Shown piece by piece: positions 36,701 through 48,969 of a DNA stretch of 64,000 nt (positions within the stretch are counted from its first letter, which is position 1; the number at the start of each line of letters is the position of its first letter). The position numbers and the translations under genes are program-made. Where the stretch lies: assembly GCF_024521635.1 (NCBI RefSeq), contig NW_026250414.1, positions 434,001-498,000 of the forward strand. Direction: 5' to 3'. This stretch comes from Tricharina praecox. Its lineage: Eukaryota. The notes beneath the pieces were generated by a model. It saw only the letters and a program-made list of their open reading frames with translations. It was not told the origin of the DNA and ran no database searches.

Positions 36701-37316
36701 CCAACAGAACACCAACCCTCCCTCGCTCTCTCGCACCTTCCTTCTCTCGCACCCTCCCCGCCTCCCTCACTTCTTCTGTTCCCACTCCCTCCCTATCTCT
36801 CCCTCCCCCCCCCAGTGACTAGATCCTGCGGGATCTGGGCCAACAGAAAAGAAAGTACCGAACGCCAACCAACGCGGACGGAACCGTTGATTCCGGGCCC
36901 TCCTTCCAATATCCAATTCCTCTTGTCCCATTCGGGGCCGATCCATACAATCGTGGTCCAAACGTTTCCGTTTCCGTTTCTGTTTTTTTCTTTTCTTTTC
37001 TCTACCAGGGAGTGAAGAAATCATTATTTTTGCTTTTTTCTGTGATGTATTGTCTTGTTTTGTCTCTGTTTAGCCACCCCGGTCAGACTCCCCGGTCAGA
37101 CTGGACTTGGACTGTCTGGGGTGCACGAATCTCATACCGCAAGTAAGTGGAGGCATTGATTCTAACCCACTAACTGCGCTAGATACTACTGCTACTGCTA
37201 TCTCCCGCGCCGAATGGTTGGGTCTACTCTACTACCTACTCTAGATGGAGTGTGGCAATACTGTAGTTAGCTATATGTAGCTGCCAGCCCGCGAGCACTA
37301 CCAGGTACATTTGGTT

Positions 37317-37323
37317 TATAAAA
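37317..37323 (+). promoter_or_regulatory. TATA box of the orphan gene at 37498
   Basis: TATAAAA about 180 bp upstream of an ATG in a favourable CACAATG context. Confidence 0.45.
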
Positions 37324-37497
37324 CCCCCGCCGAATCTGCTTTCTCGAATCAAATCACATCTGCAGCCTCCGAACAAAACAGAATATCTACAGAACGAACA
37401 TTCGCCTCGAATTGAAGAAGATTAAAAAATCACACACTGTCTTCCAAGAACCCCATCCACAATTCTTTCACAACCCGCCACTACAATCACAATCACA

Positions 37498-38140
37498 ATG
37501 CCCCGAGTATCAGCACCAGCACCGCCAACCCCCCGCCGTGTCCGAACCTCCCGCGGCGCCCCATCACCCGTAAGTGCACATCCTCCGCTCCTCCCGTCCT
37601 TTCCCCTCCTTTCCAGAAACCCCTCCCACACCCGCACACACCAATATTGACAAATTCCAGATCGCCAGCCAAATCCTCCCACTCCTCCCTTTGCTCCGCG
37701 AGTTCAAGGAGAACGCGGCAACATTCGACGAGCTATACGAGCAGTACCACGCACAGGGGCTGGTGCAGGGGCTCGTCGAGGTGGACACGTCGTGTCTGGA
37801 GCCGTATGAAGAGAAGTTCTCGGCGACGTTCTCGAGTTATTCGCACGCCCTCGAGAGGTATCTAGACGAGAATAGGAGCATGGAGGCTTGGAATAGCGAA
37901 TTGGCTACTAGTATAAGTGCTGGGGCTGGGGCTGGGGCTGGGATGATGATGGGAGAGGGGGAGGAAGGGGAGGAGGAGGGGGAGGAGGGGGAGGAGGAGG
38001 GGGAGGAGGGGGAGGAAGGGGAGGAGGAGGAGGAGGAAGGGGAGGAAGGGGAGGAGGAGGAGGAGGAAGGGGAGGAGGAGGAGGAGGAAGGGGAGGAGGA
38101 GGGGGAGGAAGTGGAGGGGGAGGGGGAGGAGGTAAAATAG
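37498..38140 (+). CDS. Orphan protein (183 aa) with a long Glu/Gly C-terminal tail; intron 37570-37660
   Basis: Exon 1 MPRVSAPAPPTPRRVRTSRGAPSP (72 nt), GTAAGT donor, ATTGAC branch, TTCCAG acceptor, then in-frame exon 2 IASQILPLLPLLREFKENAA... ending in about 60 aa of E/G. Confidence 0.65.
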
Positions 38141-39125
38141 TGTGGGGGAACGGGCGTGTTTGTTTGTACAGGCGTTGTTAACTTGTGTTTTTGTTTGTTG
38201 TTTGGTTCGCAAAATTGGCAAAACTTTACTACCTAGGCCGGTATACTGGTTGTTTCTGTTTTTTCTCCTGTTTCCACGCTGGCAAGCTGGGCTTTTTTTT
38301 CTTGTTTCTTTTTTCTTTCGTTTTCTTTTCTTTTCTCTCTCTTTTGGTGGATTCTTGGGAAAGGGTGGTGGGAGGTCCAATGGATTGGGTTGTGTCGGAT
38401 GCAGATGAAACATCGACGTTAAGATCTCACCAGTCAGACTCAGTCATGTGTGTGTGTAACAAAAAAGCGGGAAATACCAATAGTAGAGGGTTGTTCAATC
38501 ACACATAGTAGAGCTGAGTTCACAGGTGGATCTACCGGTAGCAATGCACTTCTAGTTGCACCGGCTGCACCACTGAAGATTCAAGAGCCCGATATTGGTA
38601 CTGCCACGCCTTCGCCAGGCATGGGACTCGGGAGTGATGTCTTTGGACGGGCGGGGTCGAATAGTCGGGGTTTAGGTAGAACGTACATATGGTACATACG
38701 GCATAGGTATACTAGAGATGTACATACGCCGACAGCAAGGCGGAATACCGGTAGAGTACATACGAGCTGGATACCGTACGTACGTACGAGTACCGGTACA
38801 TGCGGGCTCGAGGCTCGAAGCTGGAAGAGTCAAAGCGATCTCCACAGTGCACAGTGCACACCTCACCTCGTCTGTCTATAATACAGAAATACCCACACTA
38901 GCGGCTTCGTTTTTCGTTTCAACGCTCCTCCATCCCCTTCTCTTTCTTTCCTGTTTTTCTTCCTCCGAGGCAGTTGATGGTGATAGTAATAGTGATGGGT
39001 ATGCTATACATAACTGCACCGATCTTTTGCCCGTGTTTACTATACGAGATCGGTTGATGTCGTTGGCTAGCTACTATCATATCATATCATACTATGCAGC
39101 TACAGCGGTGGTGGACCACGGTCGA

Positions 39126-39233
39126 AACGCCTCAGGCACCAGGCAGGTCCGGCTCAATGCAGAACGCCTCAGGCACCAGGCAGGTCCGGCTCAATGCGGA
39201 ACGCCTCAGGCACCAGGCAGGTCCGGCTCAATG
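39126..39233. repeat. 37-bp minisatellite x3 (AACGCCTCAGGCACCAGGCAGGTCCGGCTCAATGCAG)
   Basis: Near-identical copies start at 39126, 39163 and 39200. Confidence 0.95.
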
Positions 39234-40285
39234 AAGGGAAGCCGTCCCAGACTCCCAGTCACCGCTGTCCGGGAGTACTGTTACTACTCTAGCCAGGTAT
39301 CGTCGAGCCATTCGGCGGCACGCATACCGGTGTCCGCGGAGGGCTGGGGCACTGCGGTTTCCCAAATACCCATACATACATGCGCCTTGACCATCAGTTT
39401 CTTGCATGCAGTTTCGGACCAGAATCCAGACGGACCTGGCAAAGATGGGATCTAAATTCTAGACCTGCATATCACATACATACAGCCGTCGGAGGAGGCA
39501 AGTTGCGGGTGCGGGTGCGCGGGCTGAGAAAATAAGAAAGACATAGGCAGCAGCAGCAGCCCTAGAGTGGAGTGTGGTCCTAGACTCCGACACTGACTGC
39601 GTCCCCCCGAAAGCTCTAGAGTCTAGAATCTCGATCAGACACGTACGGTACGGGTTGGCCTGGAGAGCATGCTGTACTAGGTATACCGGTATACTATTAG
39701 TAGTGCTCCAAATACCGTACCTACGCCACACGAGCAGTGGTTGCGCACGGTCCCCGGTATACAGAAATCCAGAAATACATACTGTTATGTACCAGGTCGC
39801 CAATTGCAGTGCGGAGGGGTGAATATTGTATCATACATTGTGGGGGGGATGCGTGGTTGCCCTACCTACTAGCCGTTGTCGTCGTCGTAAGGGTAGAATC
39901 CCGTGGGAGAAACGGCACCGGCCCGGTCCCTTATTCCCATAAACAATGCATACAGTGGTCCAATCTGGAAATTATTCTACGGGCTCGTCTAAATAGCAAT
40001 GGCTAGCACAAGTCAGCTCATCACCACAACCACCACCAACACGGTCTATCAAAGTCGTTTTTGCTACATACTATTCCTACAGCTACTATAGAACAAGCTA
40101 ACTCCGTCAAGCCTCGGTTCCATCCGGCTCGATCACCGAGAGTACATAACTGCACTTTCTTCCCAACTCTCCCAACTCGAGCCAAACTCATCTCCGCATC
40201 CCCTCCCCCCCTCGCCAGGGAACCTGACAATCTGAGAATCTAAATCACGGCGCCGACCTGTCCAGTCGTGCCGCGAATTTGACCC

Positions 40286-40352
40286 CACTTTCTCCGCTTC
40301 CTTCACTTTCTCCGCTTCCTTCACTTTCTCCGCTTCCTTCACTTTCTCCACT
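40286..40352. repeat. 18-bp tandem repeat CACTTTCTCCGCTTCCTT, about 3.5 copies
   Basis: Directly visible. Confidence 0.9.
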
Positions 40353-42687
40353 TCTTCCGAGGCGAGGTTGTGGTCTGGTTTGGTCTAGTCGGCAGGTGCA
40401 ATTATGTAGGTAGGTGCAATTACAGAGGTAGGTGCAGTTATGTAGGTATATAGGATGCATATAGGAGGTATCTGAGACTGCTGACCTACGGTGACGTACG
40501 TACGTCGGACCGTCGGTGAATCTGGGTACGCGGTTACTACTATTACTACCGTAGCTGTGAAAATTACATGTTCGTAATTGTTCGTAACTGTTCGTTCGAA
40601 TTTTAGTCGGAAATTGGAATCGAGTCCTCTGCCTCTGCCTCTGCCTCTGCCTCTTCTCTTACTATTCCAGGTCGAAGGGATAACAACGCTTGCTTGCTCC
40701 GTGGAGAAAGGACAAGGCCCGGGGGGGCAGTGGATCTACCGATGGATACCGGTACCGGATTGCAGGGCCTATGAAGTAGAGCAGGTATAGGCGGCATGAT
40801 ATGGGATGATGCCGGCGGAGAGGAAACTAGTAAGTGGGCGTTCCATCCACGGTATGCTGGCGGAGAGGAAACTAGTAGTTAAGCGGAGATTCAATCCACG
40901 GTAGATAGATCATCTAGGCGAAAGTTAATCCCTCACCGTCAGCGCCGTCCCGTTCCCGGCGAGTGACTACGCTACGGTATAGTTAGCACGGTACGTTACC
41001 GAAATTGAAAAGCGTCATGAGAAGAGAAGAGCTTAGAGAAGTTTCCATGACGGAGCCAGCTTTCCCACGCCAGACCAGTCCAGCCCGGCTCGGAGCAGCA
41101 TCGGTCGGTCATCTCTGCTCCTCCGTTTCTCCTTTTGCTCCTTTTTCTCTTTTCCTTTTTCATGGCTTCAATCTTTTTTGTTTTTATTATTACAGCGGTG
41201 GACCCAAAGGAGTGGGTGCAGATAAGATTAGTTACTAGCAGCTGCGCCCCTGCATGGCCAATTCCCAGCCCGATGGCCTGGGACAGTTGGGACTCCACCA
41301 GAGGCGAGAGCGGCTACGCTAGTTTTAACTAGCCCACACATCCGTTTCCTCGACCAAAGAAAGAAGGAACGAAAGCAACTGCCACCACACACCACACCAC
41401 CACACCAAACCCCGAAACCCGACCAGAATCAAACCAACCCCCTCCATTATTGCTCCACTCCACCACCACCACCAACGCCTCGGTGCCCGGCAGCAAGCAG
41501 GTGCCTACAGAATTAATATCTCTGCTATAGGATGTACTCTAGGTAGAGTGCTGTAGGAACGCCTCTTATTCCTTCCAGGTTCCGAAGCAACGTCCTTCCG
41601 GCAGGAATGTGCGGTTCTTGGATTATTCCACGCTGCACCGCTGCAACCGCGCCGCCACCTGGCCGCCGTCAACCTTGGTAGGTCATTCTTGGCGCGTTCC
41701 CCCGCCCGCTTCCGCCTGATCGAAACACACCCGGTACGGTAGAAGGCACGGAAGCATCCCATCTTGACTCTTGAGGCTTGCACTGTATGTAGAGTATGTA
41801 TCATATGTATGAGGTACGGAATGGGGTTGTCTCTCCGCTCTGGACCCAGGTGCATACATGCAAACCCAGTACCAGCAGCTCGTCGGATGACGATTCACGC
41901 CGAGCGCGGGGGACGACAATCCCCCTCCGGAAAGCAGAGATCCATCTGCAGAGATCCGTCTGCGATGCGACACCTGGCTCGTCACCACTACCTGGCGCCT
42001 CCTCACTAGCTGTAACCCCGTTTGTCCTCACCCGCAGAGTCCAGACAGACGGATGGGATGGTGCGGGGCGTGAGAGCGAGCCAGGGTTCACCGTGCACGA
42101 ACCGCTTTGTGTAGTGCATGGTGTGTGCCCATGGCCCTGGCTGCTGGGTCGTCGACCACCACCACCACTCCATCACCTCACAGCAATGCATAAATTCATA
42201 TTATTGATATAGCGATATCACGACCCAAGACATTCGGCCCGTGCATCCGCCCTTATGCACTCTACTCTCCTCTTTCCTGATTCTGCGGGCTCTTCTTTTC
42301 TTTTCGAGAGGGTCCCGGGCCCCGAGACTTGGGTGGAACGAATCGAATCACACGCTGCTTTCTTCTCTGGGTCGGACGGACGGCGGCGTCGGCGGGTTGT
42401 TTCATTCAGCTCGTCCAGGGTGGGTGGTGGTCGGTCGGGAAAGCCTAAAGCGAGTGGGTTCTGTGTAGATTGATGGATAGAAGTTGGTGCAGCTGCAGTG
42501 ACGGATACGGTTTCCAATCCGGGGGTCGGGGGGGCGATTGTGAACTCGACTGCTCTCCACTCGACGTCAATTCTTCCGTCCATCGATCGGCCGGCACGTG
42601 ATATTCTCCCCCCCTCCCCCTCCCCAACCCCAACCCCAACCCCTCGATAGAAAAGGTCAAGGGATGAGGCACGAGCTCATTTCCCTT

Positions 42688-42757
42688 GCTTCCCTTCCTA
42701 TCCCTTCTCGGCTTCCCTTCCTATCCCTTCTCGGCTTCCCTTCCTATCCCTTCTCGG
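42688..42757. repeat. 23-bp pyrimidine-rich tandem repeat (GCTTCCCTTCCTATCCCTTCTCG) x3
   Basis: Directly visible. Confidence 0.9.
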
Positions 42758-43961
42758 GCACTCTGCTTTACGCACGCATGGGAACTGGCACCTGCGTCTG
42801 CAGTCTGCGGTGCAAGATTGACTTCCGTACCGTATGCTTCTCTGCGGCGGAGTGTCCGGCCTTCGGGTGCACCTGTATGAAATGGGACGGTGACGGTGAC
42901 GGTATGCCGGGACGCTTTTCGTGTGTCTGTGTAGAGGCATTCCCGGGGGGAGAAGACGAAGAAGAAGAAAAGAAGGAAACCTTGGGGGGGAACAACTTTC
43001 TTCTCACCGCTGCCGCCGCCGTTCTGTTTAGCTCTTCACACATCCACCCCCGGACCCATCCACCCATCCACCCCTCCCGCCGGACCCGCCAATCAACAGC
43101 AGCACGTCATTCGCCCCACCATGTCCCGAAGAAGCAGCGGTGTCACCCACCCACCCACCCACCCACCCACCCACCACCCTTTCCCAGCGACTCGGTTCGG
43201 GACTGGGAGTGGGACTGGGGACTGGGGGTAACTAGAATAGAGTAGTTAGGTCCACCACTGCGACGACGCATCATGTCTTATCCTCACCGGGCTGGGCTGG
43301 TTTCCCCCACCCAAAAGCCACCCGGATTCATCAGAGGCTATTCCAGTTTGGTTATCCGGGCTCCGGGTGTTCCTTTTCTCTCTCGAATTCCAAATTCACT
43401 GGGATACGGTGTCTACTGTTTCTCCTGCCGCCTCTCCTGCCGCCGAAACCGTTAGAGTAGTTAGGCAAACGCGGCCCGTCCATGGACCATGGACCATGGC
43501 TGCCGTACTCAATGCGCTGCAACCACGCCCATCGTCGAAAACGGTGACCAACATCGTGCTGACTCTGCGTGCGGCACATACATACAACAACGGTACGGTA
43601 CCGATAATTACGATGGGTACGATGGATACGATGGAAACGATGTACCGTCGATGCGGGGATGTGTGCAGCACCACAGGTTTCCAGGTTTCCCGGGCACAGC
43701 CTGAAACCGGGAACAAGAGTACCGTACCGGTAAACACCTACCGTATTTGTTTCTCCCTGGGAGGTGGGAAGGGAAGGGTGGGTGAGTCGCTACGGTATTA
43801 CCGGTAGTAGGTAGCACATGGACTCATGGAGGGACGCTGGAGCCTGGCGGCTGTAGAGTAGAGTACCGTGTACCGTGTCTTGACGGATTGGATGTGATTC
43901 ATGATTCATGATTCAGCTAATACCGGGAAACAACATCAACATCGGAGAGTTACCTAGATCT

Positions 43962-43964
43962 AGA

Positions 43965-44019
<55 letters not shown>
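43962..44019. repeat. (GA)n microsatellite
   Basis: Directly visible. Confidence 0.95.
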
Positions 44020-44023
<4 letters not shown>

Positions 44024-44692
44024 CATATGAGCTGGATACCTACCGTAACTGGAAACGGCAGAACCTCCGGAGAGGAGAGGTGGAACCTACATATTCACCG
44101 GACACACTCTAAATGCAGCGGACTCGAGGAAGATGGCGTTTGTGATCCAAGTCACCGGCTCACCGCCGAAGTATCTACCAAATGGTCCGATATCATCGCC
44201 ATCGTTCGACTTGTGGAGTTGTGGACTTACTTCAGCCGTAACTACGGTAGATCGCTATTGTCCTTCGATGTTGTCTTTCGACGAGCGACAAGGCTTTTTT
44301 CCGTCTAAGTCCCTCTCTGATTTTCTGGGGCACCCGAACTCAGCCATTGGCCCCCATGGACCGAGAGTTTCAAAGTCGGTTTGGTATGTTGATACGTTGT
44401 CGAGATTGATTCCATTGCGTTTACTAGCAGTATGTGCCGCGGATACCTTTTTCTCTCTTTTTGTGGTGTAATCATTGCATTCGACTTTATCGTCCAGATC
44501 ATGGCGGTTACAACCCGGTTCCACCCCATTGTGCTGCCTTCTGGACTTGCTACTCGTACACTTCAGGTCTACAGCATAGGGAGTAGGGTGATATTTCATG
44601 ATCCACTTTTGTTCGACTTCACACCTAACCCCAACCATGCAAAAAATTCAACCTCAATTGCGGATATCCACCATGTCAACCGACTCCCTCTC

Positions 44693-45025
44693 CTATGTAA
44701 AGAACCACCTGTAAACTCCCAGCCCAAACAATCCCACAGCGGTGCCCTGAATACCCAGGCGCCGAATGCCGATGCCGAAGCGCGTATTCGCCCGTGCGAT
44801 CTCGGCCTCCTTCGCCGCCAGCTGCGACATTCCCGAGATGTATGTGTACCCGCCGAGGCCCATGAATGCCACCGAGCCTGCGGAAATGTAAATGTGAGTG
44901 AGGGTGATACGCAGACGGAGGTTGGAGTACAAACCGATCACACGGCACGGGAGGCAGTCCCCGCGGTCTTGGCGGAGCACATCCTCCAGCGGGATGTCGT
45001 TTCGCGATGGTGGCTTTTCGGGCAT
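44693..45025 (-). CDS. Small membrane protein, DUF4536/DMAC1-like; in-frame intron 44878-44934
   Basis: DCLPCRVIG followed, after a 57-bp GT-AG intron, by SVAFMGLGGYTY and a second TM segment GLFGLGVYRW. The CxxC+TM pattern matches DUF4536. Confidence 0.75.
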   Translation of the reverse strand: MPEKPPSRNDIPLEDVLRQDRGDCLPCRVIGLYSNLRLRITLTHIYISAGSVAFMGLGGYTYISGMSQLAAKEAEIARANTRFGIGIRRLGIQGTAVGLFGLGVYRWFFT

Positions 45026-45271
45026 CGTGAGTGTGTGCGTGCTCGCTCTGTGTAGGAAGACGGCGTGAGATTGGGTGAAGATACCGTATGCGAATGGGCA
45101 CTGGTGGGGTTAAGGTTGAGCTTCTGAACTAAAAAGAGTACCAAGACGTGATATTCTACTCCACGTTACCGCCCACCCCCCTGTCGCATGCTCCAGCATG
45201 CACGTCACTGGACAGCACCCCGCGCTGAGCATCACCACCAAAAACCACCATCACCGGAACCGCCAGAAACC

Positions 45272-46911
45272 ATGAGTGCCATCGAAGCTCTGTACATTTT
45301 CGATCGCTATGCCCCCACCGCGACCATAATCCTCCAACACGAATGGCGCTCGCGCTCTCCGACATCGGCAGTCTCGCTGCTGGCGCACTACAACGCCCAC
45401 CCCGCGCCGCGTCCGTCGCTGATCTACATGCCCACCACATCCCCGCCCACGCTCCTCTTCAGCCTGGAACACAGCAACCTCTTGTTCCTGTCTCCAGCGA
45501 CCTCCGAGATCGAGCCGCTGCTTGTCCTCGAGTTCCTTCACCGCGTCGTTGATGTGCTCGAAGACTACCTGGGCTCGCCGCTGCTGGCCGCAAAGATCGA
45601 GGTCAACTATCACATCGTCGCGCAGCTCATGAACGAGATGGCCGATGACGGCGTACCGTTCACCACTGAACCAAATGCGCTGCGCGATGTGGTGCTGCCC
45701 CCGAGCTTAATGGGGAAGATATTCGGCAGCGTTACCGGCCTGCCTAGGTAGCTACTCGCCCCCGTCCGTCGTGGGCTTTCCTCGCCGTATGCTGATCAAC
45801 CCCGGATGCGGCCCCCAGCTCCACCCTCCCCTCCCTCGGCCACTCCCCGCACACGAACGCGCTCTCGACGATCCCCTGGCGGCGCGCCAACGTCAAGCAC
45901 ACGAACAACGAGCTCTACGTCGACCTGATCGAGCTGGTGAGCGCGACGATCGCGCCCAGCGGGCGGCCGCTCAGCGCGCGCGCCAACGGCACGGTAGCAT
46001 TCACGTCGAAGCTCTCTGGCGTGCCGGACCTGCTGCTCACGCTGCAGGCGCCCCATAGCCACAAGCAGAAGCTGGGAGAGAAGCCGAACGGCATCATCGA
46101 GTACCCGGTGTTCCACCCGTGCGTGCGCCTCAGCCGCTGGCGCGATCATCCGGGTGAGCTGTCGTTTGTGCCGCCCGATGGGAAGTTCGTGCTGGCGAGC
46201 TACGAGGTCGATCTGCTGTCAAAGCAGCATCAGCAGCACCAGCAGCAGCAATTGCAGCTGCCCGTACAGGTGGAATTGAAGACGGCGATTGGCCACGAGG
46301 GCGACGAGTTCGAGGTGCGCGTGTTCGTGTCTACCGCCGCGCTCTCTCCCGTCGCGGGCAGCGGATCGTCACCGGCGTTCGGGAGTCGGGGCGGGAATGG
46401 CGGGGGAAGCAGCAGGAGCCCCGCATTCGGCGGGACCAGCAATGCGCCGGTGATCGAGGAGGTGTCGATCACCATTCCGCTGCCGAACGTGGTCAAGACG
46501 CTCGTTGCAACGCGCTGCAGCAGGGGAGAGTTCCATCACGAAGGGAGGGAGGTCGTCTGGAAGATCCCCACCACCGGCTCCGGCGCTACGCCGAGCTCTA
46601 CGGCAACGTTCCGGACAGCGGTGCAGATCCGCTCTTCGGCGGAGGATGACGATGATGACGATGACTCCGCCGGGGAGGAGGGCGCCGGCAAGAAGGAAGG
46701 CGGGAAAAAGGCCGCCGCTAGGAAACGGAGGATAGAAATGGCTATGCCGCGGTGCGCCATCGTTAACTTTTCCGTCAAGGGATGGTTGGCGAGTGGTGTG
46801 CGTGTGGAGAGCGTCAAGATCGTCGGCGGAAGGGGCATGGGCGAGGGCGTCAAGCCGTATAAGGGTGTCAAGTATATCACTAGAGCTGGCGGAATAGAGG
46901 TTAGGTGCTAA
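45272..46911 (+). CDS. APM3: AP-3 adaptor complex medium (mu3) subunit; intron at about 45748-45818
   Basis: Longin-like N-terminus IEALYIFD...PLLVLEFLHRVVDVLEDY; TTEPNALRDVV; IPWRRANVKHTNNELYVD; FHPCVRL..W; SFVPPDGKFVL; KPYKGVKYITRAG. Confidence 0.93.
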
Positions 46912-47219
46912 TTGTGAATGGGCGCGCAATCTTGGGGGGTTTATGGCGTTTTTGTTTGTAATTTGTGTCTTTTTGTTTGCAGGGTGTAATGTAAACGCAT
47001 ACGGGTCGTGAATTGATCAGGACTGCCTGACGAAATTATCCCTCTCCCATGGGCCATGAACAACCTTTCGTACAGTGACCAGTCATGTTGTAGAGCCAGT
47101 CGGAGCAGCCCCTAGATACACTTTGGACTACATGATCCACGACCCAATCCCATCACGATATCACGTGTAACCTTTCCCACCCACGTCATCCCCGGCCCTC
47201 CACCCTCCATCCAACCACA

Positions 47220-48136
47220 ATGCCCCCACCACCACGGGTACATACACAATCCCTTCCCCCCTCCCCTCCGTTGCAAGCTGACCCAGCCAGACCCCACGCT
47301 TCATCGTCCCCGCGAGCACCGCGCCCTCATCCACCCCCAGCCGTCCCCCCCGCTTCATCGCGCCGCACCCCACCACCACGCCGTCCCGGCACGTCCCGCA
47401 GTTCCTGAGCGCCCCCGCTCCGCCCACCGCGCCCACGACCGCCACACCCACCCCCGCGCCGCGCCCCACATTCGTAACACCCGCGCTCCAGCAGCCTCAG
47501 GAGGAGGAGGAGGTAATCGACGACTTCGGCGACTTCGGCGACCGCAGACGGCGGAAGCGACGGCGACCATCCTCGTCCTCGTCTTATGGCGAGGGCAGCC
47601 AGGACGAAGACGCCGGCCTCGAGTCGCCGACTGCTCACCGTAGCACGCGGGCGCTGCCGTTCGCGCCGGGGAGTACACAGAGCGCTGGTGCGGGCTATGG
47701 TGCTGGTGCGGGCCCGATGGGGCCGCCGATAAGTTCAAGGTTGTTTGCGCTAAGATTGCCGGAGGGCGAGGGTGAGGTCCACCTGCCGGTCGATTGGTCG
47801 CCCACTAAGCCGAAGCGTGGGAGGAGCGCGTATGTGCCCCAAGGATTGGCCGCGACGGTGGCCGGGTGGGCGGTCGATGCGAGGAATGCTCAGGGGCGAA
47901 GGGGAGGCGCGACGTATAGGGTGGTGGAGGCACGGCCAGGAGAGGGGTATGTGGGCGTGGTGACGGAGGAGGGGGGGCTGCTGCTGGTCAGGCGGGTGGG
48001 TGCTGGAGAGGTTGGCGTGGACGTTAGGGTTAAGGTGGAGTGGCCGTGGTGGGAGGTAGGCATTGAGGGGGGGATGTGGAAGGTGTGTGTTTTTTGGGAG
48101 GTTGTGGGAGAGGAGGAGGAGGAGATGTTGGTTTGA
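47220..48136 (+). CDS. Hypothetical protein (287 aa): disordered P/T-rich N-terminus and beta-rich C-terminal domain; intron 47238-47290
   Basis: ATG exon MPPPPR, GTACAT donor, CTGAC branch and CCAG acceptor. Exon 2 is open and in frame with ORF 47717-48136; contains the motif DWSP..KR...YVPQGLAATVAGW. Confidence 0.7.
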
Positions 48137-48280
48137 TCGATGGACGGATGGATAGCATGGCGATAGAGTACTCTTATAGGAGGGTAGATAGAAAGTAAAG
48201 TAGAATGCTGCAATTCGGAGCAGAGAAACAGAACATATATTACACTTATCAAAACAGTATAGATAATGCCTCCCGTCCTC

Positions 48281-48969
48281 CTACAAAAACGCCTCGCGCT
48301 TCTTGTTGTACGCCCGCTGATCCTTCAGCCACTGCCGGTACTGCTTAACGCTCCCAATCTTCTCGCCGTAGTAGTCGGGCACTGGATTCGAAAAGCTCTG
48401 GAACGACGGGTCGACGCGGTTCTTCTTGATGTGATTCAGGAACTCTTTCTCCTTCTATTCCGCCGCAAGCACAGTTATCAACCCCATTCTCCAGCGCGCA
48501 TTCTCGCCATTGCCATCGCCACTCAACCAGCACTCGCACTTACCACCGAAATCTGTTTCACCCAGCGCTTCTGAAGCAGGTTGAACGTCGCGCCACCCAG
48601 ACTAGGCCCGACAAGCCATCCGGCCGCGCCGCACCCGACCGTGGCCAGCCCAAACATGATCAGCGGGTCCATGCCGAGAATCGTCTGTGTCACGTCGATC
48701 TCCTTGTTCGCGAGGTAGCCCATTCCCGCCATCGTGCCGGCGAACGACGTGACGACGCTCGACGCGAGGTTGTAGCGCCGCCGGAGACGACGAAGCTGCA
48801 GGAACGTGTCCCAGCTCAGCTGTCCTGTCGGTGCGGCAGCGGCGGCGGTGTTGCTGTGCGTGGTGGTTGTGGTGCTGGTGCCGGTGGAGGTAGAGGCGGA
48901 GCGGAGAAGCGTAGTGGTGCTGGGCGCGGCGGGAAGAGAGCGCAGGATTGCGCGTGGTGGCGGGAACAT
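48281..48969 (-). CDS. PAM17: Mitochondrial import motor subunit Pam17; intron 48455-48543
   Basis: [26 protein letters not shown], and [41 protein letters not shown]. Confidence 0.95.

Noticed and set aside
38718-39455. 245-aa ORF
   Set aside because: No recognisable domain or coding-like composition; it runs across a 37-bp minisatellite and palindrome-rich DNA.
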